Source of the DNA: an uncultured cyanobacterium
GTDB taxonomy: Bacteria > Cyanobacteriota > Cyanobacteriia > Leptolyngbyales > Leptolyngbyaceae
Direction: 5' to 3'
Length of the DNA stretch: 64,000 bases
NCBI GenBank assembly: GCA_963766075.1
Contig: CAVYAN010000072.1
Coordinates: 1 to 64,000, forward strand
Shown here: piece by piece, positions 43,141 through 54,014 of the stretch
Position numbering within the stretch: the stretch's first letter is position 1
Layout of the letters: each line of letters begins with the position of its first letter
Position numbers and translations under genes: made by a program
Notes under the pieces: model-generated
What the model was told of the DNA's origin: nothing
Databases searched by the model: none
Seen by the model: the letters and a program-made list of their open reading frames with translations, nothing else

Positions 43141-44156
43141 CTAGAGAAACCATCCGTAGCTATGTAAACCTTTGCCTAGTAGGTTAACACCCAAGTAGCA
43201 AATCCAAACGACCAGGAAGCCCGCAGCAGCCAGCAGAGCGGGGCGACGACCTTGCCAACCCTTAGTAATCCGAGCATGGAGATAGGCCGCAAACACAAGC
43301 CAAGTGATCAACGCCCACGTCTCTTTGGGATCCCAGCTCCAGTAGGAGCCCCATGCTTCGTTGGCCCAGACCGCCCCAGCAATAATACCAATGGTTAGCA
43401 GCGGAAAGCCCAAGCCGATAATGCGGTAGCTGATGTTATCGAGGGTATCAGCAAGGCTGAGCCGCTGCGGGGAGAGCGCAGCGGTGGCAACAACAGGCAT
43501 TTCGAGCACAGCGGTGCCCCCACCGGCACTCGGGAGGGTGGAACCAGCGGCAGCAGCGGGCATTCCTGCGTCCTGCGGAGATCCGGCCTGGTGCAATTTA
43601 TAGGCTTTGTCCCGATAGGCACCCGTACCGATAGAACTGCCCTTGAGTTCAATAGACTGGCCTCGGGTAACCACCAGAAACGCGATCGCCAACAAGGCCC
43701 CGACCATGAGGGTGGCATAGCTGAGCATCATGACACTGACATGCATCATCAGCCAGTTCGACTTAAGGGCGGGAACTAGCGGTTCGGATGCCTGCATATC
43801 TGTGGGCAAGGTCAGGGTTGCAAAGGCGGTGATGCCCATCGCGACAGGAGCCGTAACAGCACCGACCAAGCGGCTCTGGCTCATAGTTTCAGCCACAAAG
43901 TGGATGGCCGTAATGCCCCAGGTGAGAAAAAACAAAGACTCGTAGAGGTTACTCAGGGGGAAATACCCCGCATCGAGCCATCGAGCCCCAGAAGAGCCGT
44001 AATGCAAAGGTTGGCGATCGCCATGCCCACCGTGCCCAGGGCTGAGAGATAAGGTATGCGGGGAAAGGCGGTGCTAATCCAGTAGGCCAACATAGTGGCA
44101 AACAGGACCGCAAAGGCCGCATTATCCAAAACACTTTGGAGTCTAACCAAATTCAT
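43141..44156 (-). pseudogene. ccsA: Cytochrome c biogenesis protein CcsA (CcsB in some annotations), split by a 1-nt deletion; may be a sequencing error
   Basis: ORFs 43953-44156 and 43141-44007 join into [20 protein letters not shown] if one G is restored in the G4 run (C run 43986-43989 on +); [18 protein letters not shown] motif. Confidence 0.85.
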
Positions 44157-44277
44157 ACCGTTGCTCTCCCGACAGGTAACGACTCATTCTAAAGGCTGTC
44201 CTTCCTATCCTACGCTTGTTGTGGGGTGTTATGGGGAATTTGCCGGATTGATCCCTAAGCCAGGTGCAAAGGCTGCG

Positions 44278-45690
44278 CTACAGCCGACTGCCAATGGGCA
44301 ACTCGCCCCGCATCGCGGTTTTGCGGCTTTCAAAGACTTGCAGCACGCCGTCCGTAATCGTGTGGACTACCGTGCAATCGCAGCGGGCCAAAAATGCTTC
44401 CGTTTCCAACTCCCCCGCGAAAAAATCCTTGGCATAGCCCAGTAGGCGACGCGCTTCAGCAAACCCAATGGATTTAATAATAAAGGTCGCCACCGGAGAA
44501 TTTTTAATGTCGTAGGACGATGATTGACTGCGGCCTTTTTCTAGCAATCCGAGAACCTCGTACTCTAGCGGGGTAGCCGGCGGAATTTTCATCTCCACGT
44601 TAGGCAAAAAATTCTCCAACTGCGCGACGGATCGCCCTAAAAATGGCAATTCCCCCATCATGGTAGCCAGGGGAATATCCGGACCAATGCGCCGCGCCAA
44701 CGCTTCAATCACGGCAATGGATAACAGCTTACTCCCCAGATACAGGCGGGCAACCTCCAAATTTTTCTGGGTTCTCGCAATCAGAAGACGATAGTGGCTG
44801 GCCGGGGGCTCATTCTGAAATTGCTGAAACACCGTCTCTGGACTTAGCAAATGCATAAATCCTTCCATTTTTTGTAGCGACTCACGATAGCCATGCACGG
44901 TATAGGAGTTGGCATTCTTGAGGTCGTGGTTCGTTTCGGGCAGTAAGTTCCAAGTATTGTCCAGAAAATCAGCAGAATTGGGATAGGCAAAGTTTTCCAC
45001 ATCCCGATTAGCCAGTCGGACCGATCGCCGCACCACTTCTTGCAGGTCGGCTTCGGTCCAGCCAAAGCCGAATATGACATTGGTTTTGGCAAGATTCTGA
45101 TAGCGGCGATCGCTGGGACTTTCCCCCGCCGCCGAGACCGCCCGAAAGGGAATCGTCGCCTCGATACAGGCCGCAATTTGTGCGATCGTCGGGGGCGACA
45201 GCACCATTTCCAAGGACTTAGCAGCAATCATCGCGCTCAAGAACTCGTTCTGTCCAGCCGTCGGCAGCAGTGCTTGCCCTTCAAAAAACCCAAAAATCTG
45301 CTCCACCATCTCAAACATGGGAAACATCGGCGCATCTGAGATTTCTGATTTTTCCCGAATCACCAGCAGTCCATTGGCTTCTTTCACAAAGGCCGCAATA
45401 AACCGACTGATGTTCACACTGATGCCCTGATCCACCTGCACATACACAATGTCGTGAAACAGCGCCGCTAAAACCTCGATCGCATCACCGCTTTCACCCA
45501 CCTCAAAAATATGTTCCGGCGTATGAAAGTACCGCCACGGACCCGTCATGGTTTGAATAATGAGATCAGCAATCCGCTCCAGCGACTCCCGCTGTAAGGT
45601 ACCGCCTAACTGCTGCACCGCCCACTCTACCCGCTCCAAACAGCGGTTCTGATACTCCCTGAGCCGTTGATCTGGATCCACCCCATTCAT
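44278..45690 (-). CDS. Hypothetical protein with HD-like phosphohydrolase motifs
   Basis: RYFHTPEH, AALFHDIVY, IEAT, ANRD; likely ATG 45690. Confidence 0.65.
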   Translation of the reverse strand: MNGVDPDQRLREYQNRCLERVEWAVQQLGGTLQRESLERIADLIIQTMTGPWRYFHTPEHIFEVGESGDAIEVLAALFHDIVYVQVDQGISVNISRFIAAFVKEANGLLVIREKSEISDAPMFPMFEMVEQIFGFFEGQALLPTAGQNEFLSAMIAAKSLEMVLSPPTIAQIAACIEATIPFRAVSAAGESPSDRRYQNLAKTNVIFGFGWTEADLQEVVRRSVRLANRDVENFAYPNSADFLDNTWNLLPETNHDLKNANSYTVHGYRESLQKMEGFMHLLSPETVFQQFQNEPPASHYRLLIARTQKNLEVARLYLGSKLLSIAVIEALARRIGPDIPLATMMGELPFLGRSVAQLENFLPNVEMKIPPATPLEYEVLGLLEKGRSQSSSYDIKNSPVATFIIKSIGFAEARRLLGYAKDFFAGELETEAFLARCDCTVVHTITDGVLQVFESRKTAMRGELPIGSRL

Positions 45691-45962
45691 TACCAAACGC
45701 TCCACTTTGCACAGAGGAATTTTGCACCAATGGCCTTGCACCGATCGCACCCTACCAATCAGGCGACGCTGCAGGCATTAAACTGAAGATAGTTGCAAGA
45801 TTAATTGCACTGAGGATAATTCAGGTTACGGTGCATCCTAGCAAGATCATTTCTCCGATGGGACAACGCTGGATACGATTTGAAGGGTTAGCCGCCTTTC
45901 CCGTGAAAATCGGGAGCTCGGGATGTATGCAGGAATCTATACAGAAAACGGGCCAGAGCGCT

Positions 45963-46660
45963 TTAAATCATCATCCGCTCTAGGGCATGGGGATCAGGAA
46001 TTAGGAGAATATCGCGATCGCGCAGGATCAAATTTTTCTTTTCTAGCTTGCTGAGCACCCGCGTCACCGTTTCTCGCGCCAATCCGCTCAAACTGCTCAA
46101 CTCGCGATGGGGCAGATTAGGAATTTCGGTCCCCTGCGGCCCCTTTTTACCCTGCCCATCCGCTAAAAACAGCAGCACATCCGCCACTCGCGACGTACTA
46201 TCCGACTCCCGCAGCCGCAGCCGCCGATTGACTGGCGTAAGCGCCGTGCCATAAGTGGTGCCAGCCGAATCCCCGCCTTGGCCTCCACCTGTAGCAACTG
46301 CACAAAATCCTGAGAAGGCATATTGCCAATCACGGTCGGCACTAGCGTAATGACATCCGTAGAGCGCGGCACTTCATCAAGGGGAGCCATTTCCCCAAAT
46401 AATTCACCTTTACCCAGAATGTTGAACGTAACTTCTTTACCTTCTAAGTTGTAGGTGCGAATTTTCACCCAGCCGTTCAGAATGAAATAAACAGAGCTAC
46501 CCCAATCGTTCTCCAGAAGAATAACCTGGTTAGCCGGATGGCTGCGCAGCACGACATTGGATGTGACCTTATCCACAACCGAGTCTGGCAACCCCTCGAA
46601 AAAGGGCGCAGATCGAATCGATAAATCAGCGGTGGTGTCTTTCAGGCTGTATCCTTCCAT
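45963..46660 (-). pseudogene. crp: Crp/Fnr family regulator (cAMP receptor, SyCRP1-like), split by a 1-nt deletion; may be a sequencing error
   Basis: FGEMAPLDEVPRS cNMP motif and GLARETVTRVL HTH; restoring one G near 46232 gives ..RRLRQVNRRLRLRESDS.. Confidence 0.8.
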
Positions 46661-46975
46661 TGCACTGACCGGAATAAACTCCCGAATTAGAATAAATGCG
46701 GCTGAATCACTATCATAGTGGATCGCCGTGACCCCGACTGATTATGCCAAATTAGACCAGAGCATACCGGAATATTAGACTAGAAACCGCGCGAAAGTTC
46801 CACGGAATCCTGAGCATTCTGCCTACGCCCAGCCTGAATCATTAAAACAATCCGTAGGCCCAGCTAAACCCGTTAAATTTCTGAGGTTTTGTCGTTTTTT
46901 TAATTCCCGTGACGTACACTTTGTGCGTATTACTGACATCTCAGCCTTCTCTCTCACTACTTAGGGGTCCGACCC

Positions 46976-49795
46976 GTGACTGCTCCCCAGGAACAACTCC
47001 AAGTCCTCATTTCTGAAATCGATGGCGTTTTGCAAAAGACAACATCCCGTCTGCCATGGGTTCTGTCCGGCGATGCCAGCCAGCAGCGTAAGATCTTGGA
47101 GCGCGTGCGGAATCACTTGGTGGCCCTACACAAACAAATCGGAGCGGAAACCCGCGATCGCCCCGGGATTACCCCAGGGGATCTGATGACCTATGACATC
47201 TACTATCAGCCCGCCGCAGGACCGCCCACCGCAGGGCAGCCCGTCCTGGGACAGCCCCAATTACCACCGAGCCTGCCCGCCGCCCTAGCATCACAACAAA
47301 TGGTTCAACTGCTGCGACAGGAAATGGTGCAGTGGCAAACCACCCTGGTTCAGCCCCTACAGGCAGAACTAGCCACCCTACGCCAACAGCGGGAAACCCT
47401 CCAAGCCGAAGTGCGGCAGTTAGAAAGGCAACTCGAAATACAGCGGCAAAACGCACTTCTGCAACAGCAAGCCTCCTTCCAACACACACTCTTGCACCAG
47501 CAAGCCAGCCTCCAGCCCACGCTGCACGATTTTCTCCAAGCGTGGATGGGTCGCCTACAGGAAAGCCTTTCCCAACAAATTTCCCAACAAATTAATCAAA
47601 GCTTCCAGGGGCAGGCCCCTTTAGCCCTATCGGCAGGGACCAGTCCAGACCCACTCCAACTCTCCAATCTCCAACTCTCTAATTTAGAGGCATCGCTTCG
47701 CCTCGTTTTTGAATCGCTCCAGCGGGACGTCAAAGCCTACCAGGACTCCCTTGCCCAAGGACTGAATCGGTTGTACGGCCTGGGACAGCAAAGTGAGGGC
47801 ATCGTGAGTGCGCTGCTGGGCCAGATGGCTCAGCAAATCGAGTCAACTGCTGCGATTGAGAACCAATCGGCGGTTCAGTCCTCAATCATCCCAAAAGCAG
47901 CGATCCCAGATCCCGCAATCCCAGGTCCCGCAATCCCCAGAGCACCTCTAGGGGGCACATGGCCCCCGATTGCGGCCCCCCTTCCCGAGCCTGCCCACAA
48001 AGATATTGAAAAATCTGTTGACGAATCTGTTGATGAATCGTCTGATCAATCTTCTGGACCCTCTGCTCAAACAACTCCACCTAGCCCATCTTCTCAACCG
48101 AATTCATCTCAACCTAATTCATCGCCTCAACCTGAGCCAGTTCCTGCCTCGCCGCCACAATATGCGGCATTCCCCTATCCAGGAAGTGAAGTACCATCAA
48201 TGGCCACGCCCAGGGCAGCCACCGAGCCCATTGATGCCGCCATTGATGACTGGATTCGTGACACAGGAGCCGACCAGGCAACCCAGGCCGCTTTACCCCC
48301 AGAATTTACAGACCTAAATCTCGCAGAATTGAGCCTCAGCCAGTTAGAAGCTCAGGAGATTGACCATCTGCTCGCTTCGGAAATTTCGCCACCGGTGGCA
48401 CCTTTAGACACTCCTATACCGAGTATTGCGGCCAGTAGCGCGACAGTGATGAGTCTACCAAGCGAGTCCACGGCTGAATTGGATGACTTCTACCACAGCC
48501 TATTTGGCTCTGCTGGAACCGAGCCTCCGACGGTGCCAACATCAGACTCCTTGATCACCGCGCCAAATTTACCCACATCGGAGTTACCCACATCGGCCAA
48601 ACGCGACCACATCACTTCCCTGACTGATTTGTTTGCCGATGTCCCCCCCTTGTCCACGGGCAACAACGATGACAGCGGCATAGCGCTAGCGGATCACCCC
48701 GCCCTCAGCTTTGATGCTGATGGATCACCCCCTGTCGATCGTGAACCAACGCATCAGCCCGAGGAATTCTTTATTCCGGCCTCTCCCGAAGAAACACTCT
48801 TGCCCAGCACCACCCCAGAGCCGGGAAGTGATCTGGATCTAGAGCTGGATGAAATTACCTTCAGTAGCTTAAGTGAGGATCTCTTCAATCTAGAACGAGA
48901 ATCTGGATCAGCACAGCCCTTTCCAGAGCCTTTTCTCCATTCCGGTGGAAGGGTCCATTCCGGTGAAAGAGCCTCATCACCTCAGGCGAATTCACCTGCG
49001 TCAGACCTTCCAGAGCTAGAGGACTGGGGCAATTTAGAGCTGGATGATTTTACTGAGGTAATCGCGGCAAACTTGGAAGAGCAGCGATCACCGAGCCGAT
49101 TCTCCCCAGCCCTGGATGACCTAGACAGCCTGTTTACAGAGGTGAGGCCCAGTAGTCCTCCCCCGCAGTCCACCCTATTGGCAGTAAATGCCGCAGCACC
49201 AGATGCCGCAGCACCAGAGGAAGTATTGACTGGTTTCGCCCAGGGAGCAGCCGCAACGGAAAGTAATCCAGTTCAGGCAAACCCCCTCGAGACGTCTTTT
49301 ACCTTCGCTGATATCGCAGCGCTCTTTGCCGATGCGCCCCCAGTAAGTCCCCCGTCAGCCAGCCCCTTACCTGCCACAGATGACTTACTGGCTAACGATC
49401 TAATCGCCAACAATTTAATCGCGCACGACTTGACCTCCGTCAACGTCACGCCAGCCAGTTCCACACCCGCTACTCCCACGCCAGCTAGCGTCGCACCCGC
49501 TAACTTCACGGTAGAGCGCCTCAATGATTTATTTGTGGAAGTGCCCACGCTGGATACCAGCGTCCCGCACGAAGCGGCCCTGACTCCAAATAGCCCAGCG
49601 CAAGACATCCCAGTGCAAGATGTCCCAGCGCAAGGCATCAGTAATTTCCAGAATGTTCCTATGAATTTTACCCTCGATCAAATTGGGAACTTGTACCTCG
49701 AAGTCCCAACCACGGCCCCGCCCCAGACTGGCACCCCTGATGCCAGACTCATCAAGGGAGACGGAATAGACAATTCCGATGATCCCGCTTCGTGA
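46976..49795 (+). CDS. Hypothetical 939-aa protein: Q-rich coiled coil plus long Pro/Ser/acidic disordered tail
   Basis: Long ORF with GTG start; heptad-like Q/L region; repeated F/L-x-x-L-x-x-L-F-x-D/E-x-P motifs. Confidence 0.8.
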   Translation: MTAPQEQLQVLISEIDGVLQKTTSRLPWVLSGDASQQRKILERVRNHLVALHKQIGAETRDRPGITPGDLMTYDIYYQPAAGPPTAGQPVLGQPQLPPSLPAALASQQMVQLLRQEMVQWQTTLVQPLQAELATLRQQRETLQAEVRQLERQLEIQRQNALLQQQASFQHTLLHQQASLQPTLHDFLQAWMGRLQESLSQQISQQINQSFQGQAPLALSAGTSPDPLQLSNLQLSNLEASLRLVFESLQRDVKAYQDSLAQGLNRLYGLGQQSEGIVSALLGQMAQQIESTAAIENQSAVQSSIIPKAAIPDPAIPGPAIPRAPLGGTWPPIAAPLPEPAHKDIEKSVDESVDESSDQSSGPSAQTTPPSPSSQPNSSQPNSSPQPEPVPASPPQYAAFPYPGSEVPSMATPRAATEPIDAAIDDWIRDTGADQATQAALPPEFTDLNLAELSLSQLEAQEIDHLLASEISPPVAPLDTPIPSIAASSATVMSLPSESTAELDDFYHSLFGSAGTEPPTVPTSDSLITAPNLPTSELPTSAKRDHITSLTDLFADVPPLSTGNNDDSGIALADHPALSFDADGSPPVDREPTHQPEEFFIPASPEETLLPSTTPEPGSDLDLELDEITFSSLSEDLFNLERESGSAQPFPEPFLHSGGRVHSGERASSPQANSPASDLPELEDWGNLELDDFTEVIAANLEEQRSPSRFSPALDDLDSLFTEVRPSSPPPQSTLLAVNAAAPDAAAPEEVLTGFAQGAAATESNPVQANPLETSFTFADIAALFADAPPVSPPSASPLPATDDLLANDLIANNLIAHDLTSVNVTPASSTPATPTPASVAPANFTVERLNDLFVEVPTLDTSVPHEAALTPNSPAQDIPVQDVPAQGISNFQNVPMNFTLDQIGNLYLEVPTTAPPQTGTPDARLIKGDGIDNSDDPAS

Positions 49796-51396
49796 GTTGG
49801 TATCTTGGCCTAGATCTGAACGCGGCAGGACCCTCTGCCACACTGTTGCATCGGCAAACTCGAATGGTCTACCCCCTGATGTGGCCCGCAGGGGAATTAG
49901 CCCTAGGAACTCGGAGCGCCCTAGGGGATCAGCCCCAGGTGAACTGGGCGTGGCAACATCGGGGTTTGAAACAAGGGATTCCGGGGGATGATGCCCGATC
50001 GCCGCAATTGCACTACGCCCAGGATCATTGGATATCACTTTCGACCCTGCGCCAGCAACTCGCGCAGCAATTGTTGCAGATCCCAATGATGCGCGCGACT
50101 GCCGCTCTGCCCCTCCCCCTATCCGGTATTCTCAAAAACCTTCGGGGGGTAGTTTTGGGTATACCAGGGGAAGGATCCGATTGCTACTGTTTCAATCTCC
50201 GGGAAGCCGTTCTGGAAGCAAATCTCGTCCAGAGTCCGGACCAAATCTTTTTTGTGGAAACAGCGATCGCGGCATGGCTCGGAGGCCAGCCCCCTATCGC
50301 GCCGCTACCCCCTCACACCCCATTACCCAGTCACACCCCATGGCCCAGCGACGCCAAGCACCCCAGCCACACCTTTGTCATTCACACAAACCCGGCAACC
50401 ACAGAATTGGGAGTCATCGCACTACCACTGGGAATAGAGGAGGTGGACTCTGCCCAGCGGCACTTGCTGAGTTTTGCCTATGGAGACATGGCGATGGCAC
50501 AGGATATTTTGTGTCAAATGTTTTATGGAGCGCTATCGCACCCCGATCTAGGCGTCGCCTCACTGCCCGTGCCGGGGCAGCCGGATGTCGTGATCCGCGA
50601 TCGCCTCCAGCAACGCCTCCAGAGTACGCTCCTAGGGCGCAGTTTATTGCAGATGGCAACCACACTCCACCAGGCATTTCGCCAACCCGGCGCACTGGAC
50701 TTTCACATTCACGGGGAAACCCGCACAGTGTACCCCGAAGACTTTAACCAAGCGGTATTGCAACCCTATCTGCAACGAATAAATTCAGCAATCAACCGAG
50801 TCATGGCACAAGCCAATCTCATTCCGAGCGAGATCCAGCAGGTGATTTGCAGTGGCGAGATCGCGAGCCAGGAAACAATTTCCCACTGGATGCAGAAAAA
50901 ATTTCCCACCGCTAGCCCCATTTGCCTACCGGTGGGCACAACGAACAGAGGCACAACGAACATCGCTACCGGCTTGGCCCGATTGCCCCTCTATCCACAA
51001 CTGTTTCGCACACAGCCACATCAGTACAGTAATTTGTTTTTAACCAAGGAAATTTTGACGGCATTGCCTACAAGGCCACTCTCTCTGGCAGACATTCTTA
51101 AAACCCTAGAACAGCGCGGCATCAATACAGTCCTCTGCCAGAACGCAATTTTGCGCCTACTGGAAGGACATTTACCCACGGGGCTGACCTCTGCACCAGA
51201 AGACGTAGCCTTGATTACGGATGGGGGAAAGGCATCGGTTGCAGCGGAACCTATCGCAGGGTTTATTAAAGTAGATAACCAGTATCAGATCCACCGGGAG
51301 GCGGGCGATCGCCTGCAAAGCCACCTCACCGCCCTCTTGACCCAAACGCACCAAACCCTGGCCGAACCGCTAACCTTGGCCAACCTGCAAGAATGA
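49792..51396 (+). CDS. Degenerate Hsp70/actin-like fold protein
   Basis: WYLGLDL start, YCFNLREAV, FFVETAIAA, TTELG, VICSG, IATGLA; GTGA overlap with upstream gene. Confidence 0.6.
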   Translation: MSWYLGLDLNAAGPSATLLHRQTRMVYPLMWPAGELALGTRSALGDQPQVNWAWQHRGLKQGIPGDDARSPQLHYAQDHWISLSTLRQQLAQQLLQIPMMRATAALPLPLSGILKNLRGVVLGIPGEGSDCYCFNLREAVLEANLVQSPDQIFFVETAIAAWLGGQPPIAPLPPHTPLPSHTPWPSDAKHPSHTFVIHTNPATTELGVIALPLGIEEVDSAQRHLLSFAYGDMAMAQDILCQMFYGALSHPDLGVASLPVPGQPDVVIRDRLQQRLQSTLLGRSLLQMATTLHQAFRQPGALDFHIHGETRTVYPEDFNQAVLQPYLQRINSAINRVMAQANLIPSEIQQVICSGEIASQETISHWMQKKFPTASPICLPVGTTNRGTTNIATGLARLPLYPQLFRTQPHQYSNLFLTKEILTALPTRPLSLADILKTLEQRGINTVLCQNAILRLLEGHLPTGLTSAPEDVALITDGGKASVAAEPIAGFIKVDNQYQIHREAGDRLQSHLTALLTQTHQTLAEPLTLANLQE

Positions 51397-51587
51397 ATCC
51401 ATCGCAATCAGGGGTAAAAAATTCTGCTTCATCCGTCCCATTCTCTCTAAATTGCAACGGAATCCTGACACAATCCAGAAGTGATCCTGAAATGTTGCTG
51501 TGGCTCTTGAGTGCTGACGGTATCCCTATGTCAGAATGTAAAGGGTTTTTTCAACCTCCATCAAGAACATTGACATAGGCGCAAACA

Positions 51588-53648
51588 ATGGAACTGATAT
51601 ACCAGTATGCCTGGCTGATTCCAGTCTTACCGCTTCTGGGCGCGATGATTGTCGGCATCGGACTGATTTCGTTTAATAAGGCTACTAACGGACTCCGACA
51701 GGTCAACTCAATTTTCATCGTGTCGTTGATCGGTACGGCCATGGTCCTGTCCTTCGCAATTCTGTGGAGTCAGTTTCAAGGACACGCACCCTACACTCAT
51801 ATGATTGAGTGGGCTTCCGCCGGGGACTTTCACCTCAGCATGGGCTATACCGTGGATCATCTAACCGCGCTCATGCTGGTGATTGTCACCACTGTGGCGT
51901 TCTTAGTGATGATCTACACCGATGGCTACATGGCCCACGATCCCAGCTATGTCAGGTTTTATGCCTACCTCAGCTTGTTTAGCTCTTCCATGCTGGGCCT
52001 AGTGGTCAGTCCTAATTTGGTCCAGGTGTATGTGTTCTGGGAACTGGTGGGCATGTGTTCCTACCTGCTGATTGGATTTTGGTATGAGCGCAAGTCCGCC
52101 GCCGATGCTTGCCAAAAAGCGTTTGTGACTAACCGCGTCGGCGACTTTGGTTTGCTGCTGGGTATTTTGGGGCTGTACTGGGCCACGCAAAGCTTTGATT
52201 TTGTGACCATGGGCGATCGCCTGCAAGAATTAGTGCAAACGGGAGCCATTAGCGGCGGCTTGGCCGCACTGTTTGCGGTCCTCGTTTTTCTAGGACCTGT
52301 GGCCAAGTCGGCCCAGTTCCCCCTGCACGTTTGGCTACCGGATGCCATGGAAGGGCCAACGCCCATTTCAGCGCTGATTCACGCCGCCACCATGGTGGCC
52401 GCCGGGGTATTTCTCATTGCCCGGATGTTCCCCGTATTTGAGCACATTCCCGTGGCAATGAACGTGATCGCTTGGACAGGCGCAATTACAGCCTTCATTG
52501 GTGCAACCATCGCCATTACCCAAAACGACATCAAGAAAGGACTGGCCTACTCCACCATGTCCCAACTGGGCTATATGGTGATGGCGATGGGCGTCGGCTC
52601 CTACAGTGCTGGGATGTTTCACTTGATGACCCATGCCTATTTCAAGGCCATGCTGTTCCTGGGTTCCGGCTCCGTAATTCACGGAATGGAAGCGGCGGTG
52701 GGCCATAATCCCGCCTATGCCCAAGATATGCGACTGATGGGCGGTTTGCGCAAGTACATGCCCGTGACCGCCGCGACCTTCCTGATCGGGACCCTGGCAA
52801 TTTGCGGCATTCCGCCCTTTGCTGGGTTCTGGTCCAAGGATGAAATTTTGGGGCTGGCTTTCCAGTCGAATCCAGTCCTATGGCTGATTGGCTGGCTGAC
52901 GGCGGGGATCACGGCATTCTATATGTTCCGCATGTATTTCTCTACCTTTGAAGGGGAGTTCCGGGGCACAAATGCTGCCATCAATGAAAAAATTCGGATT
53001 GAGCAACTGCAATTGGCAGGGCTTTCAATGGGGCCAGGGGCAATGAGCTCTAAAGAACTGGTCTCAGAAGCCGATCATGATGCATCGGCCCACGCTGAAC
53101 ACCATAGTCATTCTCCCCATGAGTCGCCGATCACGATGACCTTGCCGCTGCTGGTTCTGGCCGTCCCATCAATGCTAATTGGCTTGGTGGGTACGCCCTT
53201 TGCTAACTACTTCGAGGCGTTCATCCATGCGCCGGGAGAGGTCGTGGAGCACGAAGCGGTGAACCTGACGGAGTTCCTGATTATGGGGGGCAATTCTGTC
53301 GGGATCGCGCTGATTGGGATTACCCTGGCCTCTCTGATGTATTTGCGGGGCAAGATTGATCCCAGCGCGATCGCCAACAAAATTCCAGCGCTGTACCAAC
53401 TGTCCAAAAACAAGTGGTACTTCGATGCCATTTACAACAATGTCTTTGTCCTGGGCAGTCGCCGTCTCGCCCGACAAGTGCTGGAAGTGGACTACAAGGT
53501 GGTGGATGGTGTGGTTAACCTCACAGGATTGGCAACGCTGCTGTCTGGGGAAGCCCTGAAATACTTCGAGAATGGCCGCGCCCAGTTCTATGCGCTGATT
53601 GTGTTTGCAGCGGTGCTGGGATTGGTGATCTTTTCCGGGGTCAGTTAA
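51588..53648 (+). CDS. ndhF1: NDH-1 subunit 5 (NdhF1)
   Basis: YQYAWLIPVLP, FWELVG, AFVTNRVGD, KSAQFPLHVWLPDAMEGPTP, HLMTHAYFKA, NKWYFD. Confidence 0.96.
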   Translation: MELIYQYAWLIPVLPLLGAMIVGIGLISFNKATNGLRQVNSIFIVSLIGTAMVLSFAILWSQFQGHAPYTHMIEWASAGDFHLSMGYTVDHLTALMLVIVTTVAFLVMIYTDGYMAHDPSYVRFYAYLSLFSSSMLGLVVSPNLVQVYVFWELVGMCSYLLIGFWYERKSAADACQKAFVTNRVGDFGLLLGILGLYWATQSFDFVTMGDRLQELVQTGAISGGLAALFAVLVFLGPVAKSAQFPLHVWLPDAMEGPTPISALIHAATMVAAGVFLIARMFPVFEHIPVAMNVIAWTGAITAFIGATIAITQNDIKKGLAYSTMSQLGYMVMAMGVGSYSAGMFHLMTHAYFKAMLFLGSGSVIHGMEAAVGHNPAYAQDMRLMGGLRKYMPVTAATFLIGTLAICGIPPFAGFWSKDEILGLAFQSNPVLWLIGWLTAGITAFYMFRMYFSTFEGEFRGTNAAINEKIRIEQLQLAGLSMGPGAMSSKELVSEADHDASAHAEHHSHSPHESPITMTLPLLVLAVPSMLIGLVGTPFANYFEAFIHAPGEVVEHEAVNLTEFLIMGGNSVGIALIGITLASLMYLRGKIDPSAIANKIPALYQLSKNKWYFDAIYNNVFVLGSRRLARQVLEVDYKVVDGVVNLTGLATLLSGEALKYFENGRAQFYALIVFAAVLGLVIFSGVS

Positions 53649-54014
53649 AGCCCCACGCCTGCTCAAACTAACACCGCGTTAGGCCACAACGGCTGGGACA
53701 ACGGCTGGGAATTGATGAGTCTCTGGGGCTCTCAGTTCCCAGCCGTTGCTATTCAGTCGGCCCCGATCGCCCCAATTGTAACGGGATCGTTACGGAAGGC
53801 AAGCTATCTTCGTTAAAAAGTTGTGAGTTCTGGGGCGATCGCCCCGATTCAGTCGATACAATCCCTAGCAAGCGATCGCGTTATGCCTCCTAAGGATTTG
53901 ACTGAATTTTGACTAAACTCTGGCCCGCCTTGCTAAAGTCTGCTGAAGACAGGTTGATCTGACGTCAAACCTGCTCCTCATTCTCGATTAACCACATTAC
54001 TATCGACAGCGAAC

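Noticed and set aside
53777..53794. NtcA site upstream of ndhD1 (GTAAC..GTTAC palindrome)
   Set aside because: Spacing is GTA-N10-TAC rather than GTA-N8-TAC.
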